This document shows positions 10,726-20,498 of a stretch of 64,000 bases of DNA, piece by piece; position 1 is the stretch's first letter; each line of letters starts with the position of its first letter. This DNA is from Nitrospiraceae bacterium. GTDB lineage: Bacteria > Nitrospirota > Nitrospiria > Nitrospirales > Nitrospiraceae. The DNA lies in contig JBFWWG010000003.1 of NCBI GenBank assembly GCA_050246315.1, forward strand, positions 1 through 64,000. Direction: 5' to 3'. A program made the translations under genes and the position numbers. Below the pieces are notes generated by a model. That model did not search any database, was not told the DNA's origin, and was given only the letters and a program-made list of their open reading frames with translations.

Positions 10726-11448
10726 ATGGCGCGACATTTTGTGCCTTATAGACATCCGGCCCTATTCCTGACGGCCTTGCTCACGCCATGGGGGTCTGCG
10801 ACCACACCTGTGTGGGCAGGCGAGACGGACGGTACCTGGTCACAGCTCGACGTCCTGCGCGGCATCGGCATCGTGGCGGCCGTGGCGGGCATCCTGCTGC
10901 TCATTCTCGTTCAGCACGTCTATCGAACGCGCATTCAGCATGGCACCTATCGTCGCCTGTTGCTCATCGGCTTGTTTGTGCTGCCGATGATCGTGACCTG
11001 GACGACCACGAAGACGGTCATGGAGGGGACCAAGTCGGTGCAGGCCTGTATGTCCTGTCACGTCATGCTTCCATTCGTCAACGACATGGAGAATCCGAGC
11101 AGCCCCACCTTGGCGGCGCGGCATTACCGGAACAACTGGATCGCCAAGGATCAGTGTTACTCCTGTCATGTCAGCTACGGGGCGACCGGCACCGTGGAGG
11201 GCAAACGAGACGGATTCCGGCACTGGCTCTATTATGTGACCAACACCTATTCGAATCCGATTCAGTTTGCGGGCAGCTACGATAATTCGAATTGCCTCAC
11301 CTGTCATCAGAACACCGGGAAATGGGAGCATGTGAAAAGCCACCAAGCCCTTGCGGCAGAGTTTTCATCAGACCGCATCGCGTGCATTGCCTGTCATGGC
11401 CCGCCCCATCCGTTGCCGCAGGAGCGACCGGTGGCGGCGAGCCGATAG
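10726..11448 (+). CDS. NapC/NirT/NrfH-family membrane-anchored tetraheme cytochrome c
   Basis: Four CxxCH motifs (CMSCH, CYSCH, CLTCH, CIACH). The first is CxxCHxM, as in NapC/NrfH. Two hydrophobic helices precede the hemes. Confidence 0.82.
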   Translation: MARHFVPYRHPALFLTALLTPWGSATTPVWAGETDGTWSQLDVLRGIGIVAAVAGILLLILVQHVYRTRIQHGTYRRLLLIGLFVLPMIVTWTTTKTVMEGTKSVQACMSCHVMLPFVNDMENPSSPTLAARHYRNNWIAKDQCYSCHVSYGATGTVEGKRDGFRHWLYYVTNTYSNPIQFAGSYDNSNCLTCHQNTGKWEHVKSHQALAAEFSSDRIACIACHGPPHPLPQERPVAASR

Positions 11449-11476
11449 ACCACCACATGGAGACCGAGGGATAACG

Positions 11477-11716
11477 ATGGAAACCGATCGTCCCACCATT
11501 CAACGCCAGCCATCGGCATGGGTACAGAGGGAACTCACTCTGGCCGTGCATTTCGCCATTGCAGGCCTCCTCTGCGTGTTGCTGTTTCTCTGGTATGGTT
11601 TCGGCGCCTGGTCGATGGGGCTGGGAACGTTTATCGGTATCCCCCTGCTCGGCCTCGCGATCTTGCTGTATCTCGGCGCCGTCGCCGCCGATCTGAAAAA
11701 GCGGGGAGCGCTCTGA
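11477..11716 (+). CDS. Small two-helix membrane protein (79 aa)
   Basis: ATG 11477 after GAGGG; two hydrophobic segments and a basic C-terminus; co-oriented with the cytochrome gene. Confidence 0.65.
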   Translation: METDRPTIQRQPSAWVQRELTLAVHFAIAGLLCVLLFLWYGFGAWSMGLGTFIGIPLLGLAILLYLGAVAADLKKRGAL

Positions 11717-11793
11717 GGCCCATCCATTTCTGGCAGGTCATCGATCGAGGATGAGCTTGCGCCGCTCACGCGAATCAACGGAGAGGAGACATC

Positions 11794-12576
11794 GTGGCCA
11801 CATTGAAACGAAAGCAATACGAGAAGGAGTTGCGCCGTCTGCAAGCCGAGCTGTGCATTCTCCAGGACTGGGTAAAACACAAGGGCCTGCGGATCATGGT
11901 GGTGTTCGAGGGCCGCGATGGAGCCGGGAAGGGCGGCACGATTCGCGCCATCACCGAACGCGTGAGTCCCCGCGTCTTCCGCGTCGTGGCGCTCCCAGCT
12001 CCCTCCGACCGCGAGAAAAGCCAGATGTATCTCCAGCGGTATATGCAGCATTTCCCGGCTGCGGGCGAAATTATCATCTGGGACCGGAGTTGGTACAACC
12101 GCGCCGGAGTCGAACACGTCATGGGCTTCTGCACAGAAGACCAGTACGAGGGCTTTCTCGAACATTGCTCGACGGTCGAGGGGTACGTCACGAGGGCCGG
12201 GATTATCCTGGTCAAATATTGGCTCGAAGTGAGTCACGAGGAGCAGCGGCGTCGTTTCCAAGCCCGTGTCGATGATCCCTTGCGCCAGTGGAAACTCAGC
12301 CCGATGGACCTGCCGTCACTTGAGAAATGGTACGAGTATTCCCGCGCACGCGATCGGATGCTGAAGGCCACGGACACGAAGCATGCCCCCTGGTACCTCA
12401 TACGATCGGACAATAAGCGAGCGGCGCGCCTCAACTGTATCAGCCATCTGCTCAGTCTGATTCCCTACAAGAAGGTGAAACGAGACAAGGTGAAACTCCC
12501 CAAACGATCCAACAAACACAAGTACGACGACCAGGCGACCTTGAAGGGACGACGGTTCGTCCCGGAAAAATATTGA
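11794..12576 (+). CDS. ppk2: Polyphosphate kinase 2
   Basis: FEGRDGAGKGG Walker A, DRSWYNRAGVE and WKLSPMDL. GTG start behind GAGGAG. Confidence 0.95.
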   Translation: MATLKRKQYEKELRRLQAELCILQDWVKHKGLRIMVVFEGRDGAGKGGTIRAITERVSPRVFRVVALPAPSDREKSQMYLQRYMQHFPAAGEIIIWDRSWYNRAGVEHVMGFCTEDQYEGFLEHCSTVEGYVTRAGIILVKYWLEVSHEEQRRRFQARVDDPLRQWKLSPMDLPSLEKWYEYSRARDRMLKATDTKHAPWYLIRSDNKRAARLNCISHLLSLIPYKKVKRDKVKLPKRSNKHKYDDQATLKGRRFVPEKY

Positions 12577-12833
12577 ACGGCCGAGCGAAAGGGAGGACAT
12601 CGACATACCGATCGCCGCGCCATCGTCTGCTCGGGCCACCTTCCGGCGAACCCATACCTTCACCCCTCGATTTTCATCGACGTTCAGCGTATTCTTCGTC
12701 CGGTCTTTGAGGGAGCGGTGCCTCGGCGACAGGGGATGACACCCGGATCGGCCGTCCCGATGCGTGTTGAAACGGCGTCGTCGAATCCGAGCCCATGATC
12801 GATCCGATGAATGACGAAGGAGCATGAAAGACG

Positions 12834-14477
12834 ATGAGTCCAACCGGTGATACGCCCAGCGCCCATCCATCCTGGAAGGCCCTGAAGTCGCACCAGGAGC
12901 AGATCCGAGAGATCCATCTCCGCACCCTTTTTGCCAACGACCCGGATCGAGGCACGCGCATGACCGCCGAGGCCGCCGGTGTCGTTCTGGATTATTCGAA
13001 AAATCGCATCACGGACGACACGCTCAGGCTCCTGCTCCAACTGGCGGAGGAATCCGGGTTACGCGCTCGGATTGATGCGATGTTCAAGGGCAAGAAGATC
13101 AACGTCACGGAGAACCGGGCCGTGTTACACGTGGCGCTGCGCGCGCCGAGGGAATCGTCCATCGTGATCGACGGCGTCAATGTGGTGCCGCTGGTCCATG
13201 CCGTCCTCGACAAGATGACGGACTTCTGTAACCGGGTCAGAAGCGGCGCCTGGAAGGGTCACACCGGCAAGCGCATTCGACACGTGATCAATATCGGCAT
13301 CGGCGGGTCCGATTTGGGGCCGGTGATGGCCTATGAGGCGCTCAAGCACTACAGCGACCGCAGCATGACGTTCCGATTCGTGTCCAACGTCGACGGGACC
13401 GACTTGACGGAAGCCGTTCACGACTTTGATCCGTCGGAGACCCTCTTCATCGTATCCTCCAAGACCTTCACGACGTTGGAGACGATGACGAACGCCCACA
13501 GCGCGCGCGACTGGTCGCTGAAGGGGCTCGGAGGCGACGTGAACGCCGTGGCCAAGCATTTTGTCGCCGTCTCGACCAATGCGGCCGAAGTGAAGAAATT
13601 CGGCATCGACACCGTCAACATGTTCGAGTTCTGGGACTGGGTCGGGGGGCGCTATTCCATGGATTCGGCCATCGGTCTTTCGACCATGCTGGCCATCGGC
13701 CCCGAACAGTTTCGCAATATGCTGGCCGGCTTCCACCGGATGGACGAGCACTACCGGACCGCTCCGTTCGACCGCAACCTGCCGGTGCTCTTGGGGCTGC
13801 TCACCGTCTGGTACAACAACTTTTTCGACGCACAGACCGTGGCCATCCTGCCCTATGAACAGTACCTGAAACGATTTCCAGCCTATCTCCAACAGTTGAC
13901 CATGGAGAGCAACGGAAAGGGCGTGACACTCGATGGGAGCAAGGTCGGGTGCGAGACGAGTCCCATCTATTGGGGCGAGCCAGGCACCAACGGCCAGCAT
14001 TCCTTTTACCAACTGATCCATCAGGGTACCAAGCTGATTCCCTGCGACTTCATTGCGTTCACACACACGCTCAATCCGCTCGGCCGGCATCACGATTTGT
14101 TGCTGGCCAACATGTTCGCGCAGGGAGAAGCCCTCGCCTTCGGCAAAACCGCAGACCAGGTTCGAGCCGAAGGCTCGCCCGATTGGCTGGTCCCTCATCG
14201 GACCTTCGAGGGCAATCGCCCCTCCAACACCATCCTGCTCGACCGGCTCACGCCCGAATCGCTCGGCCAATTGATCGCCCTCTACGAGCACAGCGTCTTC
14301 ACCCAGGGCGTCATGTGGGGCGTCGATTCATTTGACCAATGGGGGGTCGAGCTGGGGAAGATTTTGTCCCAGCGCATCATTCCGGAATTAGAGCACCCGA
14401 CGGAGCCTCGGCTTGGGCATGATAGTTCCACGAATGCGCTGATTCGCCGCTATAGAGCAAGGAAATACACGTCATGA
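12834..14477 (+). CDS. pgi: Glucose-6-phosphate isomerase
   Basis: [36 protein letters not shown] and [10 protein letters not shown]. Confidence 0.97.
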   Translation: MSPTGDTPSAHPSWKALKSHQEQIREIHLRTLFANDPDRGTRMTAEAAGVVLDYSKNRITDDTLRLLLQLAEESGLRARIDAMFKGKKINVTENRAVLHVALRAPRESSIVIDGVNVVPLVHAVLDKMTDFCNRVRSGAWKGHTGKRIRHVINIGIGGSDLGPVMAYEALKHYSDRSMTFRFVSNVDGTDLTEAVHDFDPSETLFIVSSKTFTTLETMTNAHSARDWSLKGLGGDVNAVAKHFVAVSTNAAEVKKFGIDTVNMFEFWDWVGGRYSMDSAIGLSTMLAIGPEQFRNMLAGFHRMDEHYRTAPFDRNLPVLLGLLTVWYNNFFDAQTVAILPYEQYLKRFPAYLQQLTMESNGKGVTLDGSKVGCETSPIYWGEPGTNGQHSFYQLIHQGTKLIPCDFIAFTHTLNPLGRHHDLLLANMFAQGEALAFGKTADQVRAEGSPDWLVPHRTFEGNRPSNTILLDRLTPESLGQLIALYEHSVFTQGVMWGVDSFDQWGVELGKILSQRIIPELEHPTEPRLGHDSSTNALIRRYRARKYTS

Positions 14478-14547
14478 GTTTCCGCCAGACCAACGAAACC
14501 CCGCATACGCATCTGTACAGGCGGTTATCGGCCTCTGCCCAACACTT

Positions 14548-15786
14548 ATGAGTCAACGCCCCTCGGCAGCACATACGATCAAGAACCGATTAGGCCTCGC
14601 GACGCTGCTCCTGGCTTGCACGTCCCTGCTGGCGGCCTGTGCCGGTTCGACTTCCGACCGACCTCCCGACGATTCCCAAGCGACGCGGATGTCCCGATTC
14701 AGAGCTCTCACGTACAACACCCTTCATGGACTGAACGTGGGCCGCTACTGGGTCAGACCCGGCGAAACGGACGAACAACGATCCGCGAGGGTGACGCTCC
14801 AAATCGAGGAGATGGCCCGAGTGGCGCCGGACGTCATGCTGCTCCAAGAAGTGAATCCGCTCCCTCACATGGCGGCCACCTACGTGGACGGGCTCCGAGC
14901 GCGCGGCCTTGCCTATCACGAGGTTCATCAGGTTGATGCCTGCGGGGTCAGGCCGCTCCCGGGAGTGGCGGTCGTCCCGGGATTGAATAATGGACTTGTC
15001 GTCCTCGTGAAAGCTCCTCTGCGGGTGAAAAAATTGGAAGGCTTGAAGCTCAGCGGAGGGTTCGGCCTCTGTCACGATCGGCTTGGCGTACAATTCGGTG
15101 AATTGCGCTATGCGTTGATTGCCGAGGTGGAAAATCCCGCCACCCGCCGGAAGCTGCTCGCCGTGAGCCTGCATTTGCATTCCGGCATCGAGCGTGATGA
15201 ATATTTCACCGAACGGCTTCTCGCGGCGCAGGGCGAGGGCCGCATCCAAGATCAGGCTGCGGCGCAGCAGATCCTGAAGGCCTTGGCGGAGGACCAGAAA
15301 CTGCGGCTCGAAGAATTGCGCACGCTGGTGCAGGAACTCAAGCGACTGCATGCCGCCGGCTCATCCGTGGGAGTCCTGCTCGGAGGGGACTTTAATTTCG
15401 AGCCGGACTCGCCGGAATATCTGGCCTTGCAGGAGGCCGGTCTGCAGGATACGTACACCATCGCCCGCCGAACCGGCGAGTTACAGACCTACGATCCAGG
15501 GTTGAATCCGATCGCCCGTGAGGAGGAGATCGAACTACCGCCGACCTTGGCCGCTATCATTCAGACCCTGCCGGAAGCCCAACGGCAACAGATCAAGGAC
15601 GGATATCGTCGCGGGGTCAGCCAGGCCCGGCGAATCGATTTCCTGTTCGTGATGCTGTCCGAACCGTCCAATCCACTGAGCTGCCTGCGGCAGGAGCTGT
15701 TCGGTCGCCCGGATGCCGTGACCCTCGGCGCCGGTTCCGATCATTTTGGGGTGATGGACACCTACACGACGGACGGCAATTGTTGA
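14548..15786 (+). CDS. Endonuclease/exonuclease/phosphatase (EEP) family lipoprotein
   Basis: Lipobox LAAC; motifs LTYN, LLQEV, GDFN, RIDF and SDH. Confidence 0.85.
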   Translation: MSQRPSAAHTIKNRLGLATLLLACTSLLAACAGSTSDRPPDDSQATRMSRFRALTYNTLHGLNVGRYWVRPGETDEQRSARVTLQIEEMARVAPDVMLLQEVNPLPHMAATYVDGLRARGLAYHEVHQVDACGVRPLPGVAVVPGLNNGLVVLVKAPLRVKKLEGLKLSGGFGLCHDRLGVQFGELRYALIAEVENPATRRKLLAVSLHLHSGIERDEYFTERLLAAQGEGRIQDQAAAQQILKALAEDQKLRLEELRTLVQELKRLHAAGSSVGVLLGGDFNFEPDSPEYLALQEAGLQDTYTIARRTGELQTYDPGLNPIAREEEIELPPTLAAIIQTLPEAQRQQIKDGYRRGVSQARRIDFLFVMLSEPSNPLSCLRQELFGRPDAVTLGAGSDHFGVMDTYTTDGNC

Positions 15787-15831
15787 GCCGCCGCTGATCA
15801 ATCTAAGGCACTGATCTCACATGGAGCGGCT

Positions 15832-16641
15832 ATGCAGGAGAGGGTAGGGAGCACCACGGGCTCTTGCTCAAGGTATCTGGCATGCACAGGCGGACTGTTC
15901 CTGCTCATTACCCTGACCGGCTGCTCGAGTTCGATTTACGGGTGGCAGGTCCGGACGAATTCGACGGAGTTGCCACCGACCTTCAGTCCGACAACCCTTG
16001 AACAGGGAGGCGTGGTGGTCCTTCCGGCCATCACGGCACCAGGCCTCCGCGGGAACGAGATCGGCCTGAACCACTACCTGAGCCAGGTTTTTCGCAAGAT
16101 ATTCCCGAACTGGAACGTCGTGCACGAGCGGGACGCGATCACTCGCATCAATCAACAGGGGCTGGCGGAGAGTTATACCAAGTTGAGAAATGATTACGAT
16201 CAAAGCAACATTCTGGATCGCGACACGCTCCTCAAATTACGCCATGCCATCGACGTACGCTATGTGTTTCAGCCTCGGTTGGAAGCATTTTCGCAGACGA
16301 TGACGGACCGTTGGAAATTTCCCGCGCTGGACTTGCGCATATCCCAAACGCGCTCGAGCATCATGCGGCTCTCTCTGCAACTCTGGGACGGGGAGACCGG
16401 GGAACTCCTGTGGAGCTCCCTCGCAGAAACGACGATGGAGAATGAGGCCATCTCGCAGGACCCGGTCTACTTGGAAGATATCGCCCGTGCCACGTTCGGG
16501 AGCATGGTCTCAGACATAATCGATCGGAAACGAGCGTCCAAGTATACCCCGATCAACAAGTTCCTGGACGATCTGATCAAAGAGTCCATACCGGAAGAGA
16601 ACCCGAAAGAGGGTGAATACATCAGGCCGGGTGAGAAATAG
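15832..16641 (+). CDS. Hypothetical lipoprotein
   Basis: 269-aa ORF; hydrophobic stretch ending in lipobox LTGC; GGAG upstream. Confidence 0.7.
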   Translation: MQERVGSTTGSCSRYLACTGGLFLLITLTGCSSSIYGWQVRTNSTELPPTFSPTTLEQGGVVVLPAITAPGLRGNEIGLNHYLSQVFRKIFPNWNVVHERDAITRINQQGLAESYTKLRNDYDQSNILDRDTLLKLRHAIDVRYVFQPRLEAFSQTMTDRWKFPALDLRISQTRSSIMRLSLQLWDGETGELLWSSLAETTMENEAISQDPVYLEDIARATFGSMVSDIIDRKRASKYTPINKFLDDLIKESIPEENPKEGEYIRPGEK

Positions 16642-16645
16642 TGCG

Positions 16646-17926
16646 ATGAGCCGGATCTTCGATTCCACGCAAACGTTATCCGTGCTCGCGCTCGTGTTGT
16701 TTCTCCCCCAGGGGCCGGTCTTTGCCGCCGAGGCAGGCGGAGATCGTTATGAATCCTCGCACGCGCTGCCGGTGGGGCAGGTTCTGGAGCCCAATCTCGT
16801 CAAAGGGCCGTACTATCAGGTCGAAGACCCGGTGTGGCACGACGGCTATACGAACGTGTATCAGGTGACATCGCCGTTTGGTTCCTTTCTCGTTCGGGGG
16901 GATGCCATGTTCGCCCGGCTGCGTCGCGAACTCTCGACCATTGCCGACTTGCGGGAACGCACGGCTGCCGGGATGACGGCCGAGGCTGCGGTCAAGGAAT
17001 TGGTCGATCCCGTCCGTGCCATCGGACGTCTGGTCCACGAGCCTGGAAAAACCCTCACCGGCATCCCGTTGGGCATCTCCCGCCTGATGGACTCGACCCA
17101 GGCGGGTCTCTCGCACGAACCCGGTCCCTACGAGGACGACGACTTCGAATCCCTTATGCGAATGGCCGCCTACAAGCGCCGGATTGCGGCCCACTATCAC
17201 GTCGATGCCTACTCCAGCAATTCGATCCTCCAACATGAGTTGGAGCGGGCCGCCTGGTCGCATCTCGCCGGATATGCCACCACATTTGCGCTGATTCTGG
17301 TTCCGGCTCCCAACCCCTTGCCGTTGATGATGACCTCGCTCACGACGGTTGAGGCCCTGAACCGAGCGCTGGAGGAGCAGGGGCCGGCGGATCTTCAGGC
17401 TCTGAACCAGCAGAAGCTCAAGACCATGGAGATCAGCGACGACCTTGCCGCCAAATTTCTGACCCATCCCATGTACTCGCCGCGCCATCGCACCGTCATG
17501 GTGTTTTCCCTCGAAGGGCTCGCCTCGGCCGCGCATCGAGAACGCGTTCTCCAGGCCGCCCTCCATGCCCTGTCCGAAGAGGAAGCCTTGCTGTATCAAC
17601 AGGCGGCCGAATTGCTGCTGGCCTACCATCAACGAGAGGCTCCCATCGTCGATCTCGATATCGTCGGCCGTCTTCCGATTGCGTTCACGAGCGCGCGCAC
17701 CTTGTTCTGTCCCCTTGCGTTGGACTATGGCATCTGGACCCAGAAGAGCGAACTGGCCTTTCAGCGACTCGCGACCAAGGCCGGTCGGTCAGGAGAGGAC
17801 TACCGCATCGAGGTCTGGTTTACCGGCGTCTTGTCACAGAAGGCGCGGAGCGAGTTGCTTCGGCTCGGTATCGCCCCTCGTGAGAATGTCGCTCGGGATA
17901 TCCCGCTGATCGACCGGACCTATTGA
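16646..17926 (+). CDS. Hypothetical exported protein
   Basis: Long ORF starting 4 nt after the upstream stop; signal-peptide-like N-terminus (..PVFA-A). Confidence 0.7.
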   Translation: MSRIFDSTQTLSVLALVLFLPQGPVFAAEAGGDRYESSHALPVGQVLEPNLVKGPYYQVEDPVWHDGYTNVYQVTSPFGSFLVRGDAMFARLRRELSTIADLRERTAAGMTAEAAVKELVDPVRAIGRLVHEPGKTLTGIPLGISRLMDSTQAGLSHEPGPYEDDDFESLMRMAAYKRRIAAHYHVDAYSSNSILQHELERAAWSHLAGYATTFALILVPAPNPLPLMMTSLTTVEALNRALEEQGPADLQALNQQKLKTMEISDDLAAKFLTHPMYSPRHRTVMVFSLEGLASAAHRERVLQAALHALSEEEALLYQQAAELLLAYHQREAPIVDLDIVGRLPIAFTSARTLFCPLALDYGIWTQKSELAFQRLATKAGRSGEDYRIEVWFTGVLSQKARSELLRLGIAPRENVARDIPLIDRTY

Positions 17927-17951
17927 GGATGCGCACCGTTCACCGAGGATC

Positions 17952-20408
17952 ATGAAGGTCGCAACGAGGCGTCTCAGCGCTCGCTCGATAGGACAACGCC
18001 TGCTTCTGGCGGCGCCGCTCGTCCTGCTCTGGCCGTCTGCACCATCGGCACAACCGTCGCTTCGGCTCCCCGACCTTTCAGGAGGCGGCAATGGCGCGAG
18101 CAAACCGACCGCCGCCGAACAGCTATCGCCGGAGGAACAGATCGGGCAGCTTCGTGAGCGGCTGAAGGCCGCCGAGACGGACCTCAATTCGGTGAGCACC
18201 TCGGACTCCCTCTGGACGGGGGCTCCTACCGGCACTCCGGAGAGTGAACTACTGGAGCGCCGCTCGCTCTTCTATCAATTAGCCCGCGCTTACGAGCAGC
18301 AGCTTGAGGACATCCAGAAGCTGCAGCAGGCCCGTGCTCGCCGCCAGCAGGTGGAACGAGAAGATCGCGACTGGACGGATTTTCCGGAGCCACCCCCATA
18401 CTCTGTTCTCGTCGTCGATTCACTCCGGGATCGCGCCCGATCGTTAAAACGGACGGTCGAACTGCTCGACTCCAAGCTGGCCGTCACCACGGGAGCGCTT
18501 GAGCGAAGCGAGGCATCGCTGAAGGTCGCCGAGCAACGATCGCGGTTGGCCGCCGAACAACTCGAAATGGCCACCGATCAGAGCCAGACGATGCGACTCA
18601 CCTGGCTCCGCGACCTGGCTCACCTTCGTAGCCGAGCCATGGCCGCCTCCGTCGCCATGTTGACCCAGTCGGTGACGTCCCGCCAAGAGGAATTGGCCGA
18701 GGCCCGAGCCCGGCTGGCTTTTGCACACCGACAGCTCGAACGAGCCGAGCCGGAGCAACGATTCAATACGCAGGATTTGGATACGGTTCGGGAGCGTCTC
18801 GACACGGAACGGAAGGGGTTGGAGACGGATCTCGATGCGGCCCTGAGAGATCAACGCGCGAGCCACCGTGCCTACGACCAGGCGGTCATGCGGCTGAATG
18901 GGGCGAAGACCACCGACGCCTCTGGCCGGAAGGAGTCGGCGAAGGTCGCCGCCGCTCGGGCGTCGCTGGCTGACCGGGCCGAATTGGGACGCGTGCAATC
19001 GGAAAACGCCGACATCCATGTGGAGATGTTGCGGCGCATGCTGGACACCGTGGAGCTGGAACGACGGATCTGGGAGGGGCGGTTTGCAGTCGTGAGCGAA
19101 GGGGATGTGGCCAAAGCCCGCGAGGCCTTTCGACGATTGATGCCGGTCATCCAAGAGGCCAAGAGCTGGAAGGACTATCTCGGGCAACAAATCGACATGA
19201 CATCGAAGCAAGAAGGCGAGTTGGAAACGCGGCTGAACTCGGCCGCGGCTCCGGCCGAAGTCGAGCGGGTACGTCCGCTCGTGAACCAGTATCGTGAGCG
19301 GTCGCGGTATTATCATCGTGCGATGGAACGGTCACAGCAATTCAGCCGTCTGCTCGAATTGCTCCAGACCCGTTTCGAGCAACAGGAGGAATCGCTTCCC
19401 GTCTCGACTCGCCTGCAAGCGTCGCTTGCCGCAGCATCGAAGATATTGACCCGCATCTGGGAGTTCGAGCTGTTCGCCGTCGAAGACACGATCGAGGTGG
19501 ACGGCCAATCCATCAGCGGCCGGCGGAGCGTGACGATCGGGAAAATCCTTCGCGCCGTCCTGTTGTTGGTGCTCGGATACATGGCGTCCCGGGCCATAGC
19601 CAGATTCGCACAACGGTTCGCGACCCGCCGACTGCGGATGGAGGAACCCCTGGCCGACATCCTTCGCAGGTGGACCTTCGCGATCTTGTTCACCGTGGTC
19701 CTGATCGTCAGTTTGGTCTGGGTCAAGATTCCGTTGACCCTGTTCGCCTTTCTCGGAGGAGCGCTCGCGATCGGCATCGGCTTCGGCACCCAGAATCTGC
19801 TCAAGAATTTCATCAGCGGCCTCCTGGTCCTCATTGAGCGGCCGCTGCGCGTGGGCGACCTGATTGAGATCGACGGAGTCGTCGGAGAAGTCCGGACGAT
19901 CGGGTTCCGCTCCTCGACGATCCGTGACGGCAACGGTATGGAGATGCATATTCCCAACAGCAATCTGTTGGAACGGAATCTCAATAACTGGACCTATTCG
20001 AATCGAACGAGGCGATTTTCTCTGAAGGTCGGCGTCGCCTATGGATCGCCGGTTAAGCGAGTCCGCGAGTTGCTGGCCGAGGCGGCCGCACAGCATGGGC
20101 TGGTCCTGAAGGATCCGGAGCCGCTGGTCCTGCTTGAAGACTTCGGGGACAACGCGCTTATCTTCACCCTGTACTATTGGGTCTCGTTCTCGCCGGGCGT
20201 CAACCCGGCGCTGGTCGGAAGCGACCTGCGGTTCATGATCGAGAAAGGCCTGGCCGACGAACGGATCTCCATGTCGTATCCCCAGCGCGACATCCATCTG
20301 GATACAACCAGGCCCATCGAAATCCACATGACCAATCGAACGGACGAGGCGGTCACATCGGAGATCGGGCGCAGCCCCGGCGGAACCCATGGCGATGCGA
20401 CGATCTAG
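17952..20408 (+). CDS. Large MscS-family mechanosensitive channel with periplasmic coiled-coil domain
   Basis: Signal peptide, long helical region, then MscS core GGALAIGIGFGTQNLLKNFISG..ERPLRVGD, IPNS, VGVAYGS and YPQRDIH. Confidence 0.9.
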   Translation: MKVATRRLSARSIGQRLLLAAPLVLLWPSAPSAQPSLRLPDLSGGGNGASKPTAAEQLSPEEQIGQLRERLKAAETDLNSVSTSDSLWTGAPTGTPESELLERRSLFYQLARAYEQQLEDIQKLQQARARRQQVEREDRDWTDFPEPPPYSVLVVDSLRDRARSLKRTVELLDSKLAVTTGALERSEASLKVAEQRSRLAAEQLEMATDQSQTMRLTWLRDLAHLRSRAMAASVAMLTQSVTSRQEELAEARARLAFAHRQLERAEPEQRFNTQDLDTVRERLDTERKGLETDLDAALRDQRASHRAYDQAVMRLNGAKTTDASGRKESAKVAAARASLADRAELGRVQSENADIHVEMLRRMLDTVELERRIWEGRFAVVSEGDVAKAREAFRRLMPVIQEAKSWKDYLGQQIDMTSKQEGELETRLNSAAAPAEVERVRPLVNQYRERSRYYHRAMERSQQFSRLLELLQTRFEQQEESLPVSTRLQASLAAASKILTRIWEFELFAVEDTIEVDGQSISGRRSVTIGKILRAVLLLVLGYMASRAIARFAQRFATRRLRMEEPLADILRRWTFAILFTVVLIVSLVWVKIPLTLFAFLGGALAIGIGFGTQNLLKNFISGLLVLIERPLRVGDLIEIDGVVGEVRTIGFRSSTIRDGNGMEMHIPNSNLLERNLNNWTYSNRTRRFSLKVGVAYGSPVKRVRELLAEAAAQHGLVLKDPEPLVLLEDFGDNALIFTLYYWVSFSPGVNPALVGSDLRFMIEKGLADERISMSYPQRDIHLDTTRPIEIHMTNRTDEAVTSEIGRSPGGTHGDATI

Positions 20409-20498
20409 CATTCTGTCCGTGCTGAACAACGTCAGCCTGGATGGCTCCTCGCCTCATGCCTCTGGGATGTGGTACAGTGCGCAACCAGAGAGGTATCC

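Noticed and set aside
12577..12833. ppk2-pgi intergenic region as ncRNA or small gene
   Set aside because: No convincing structure, repeat match or coding signal.
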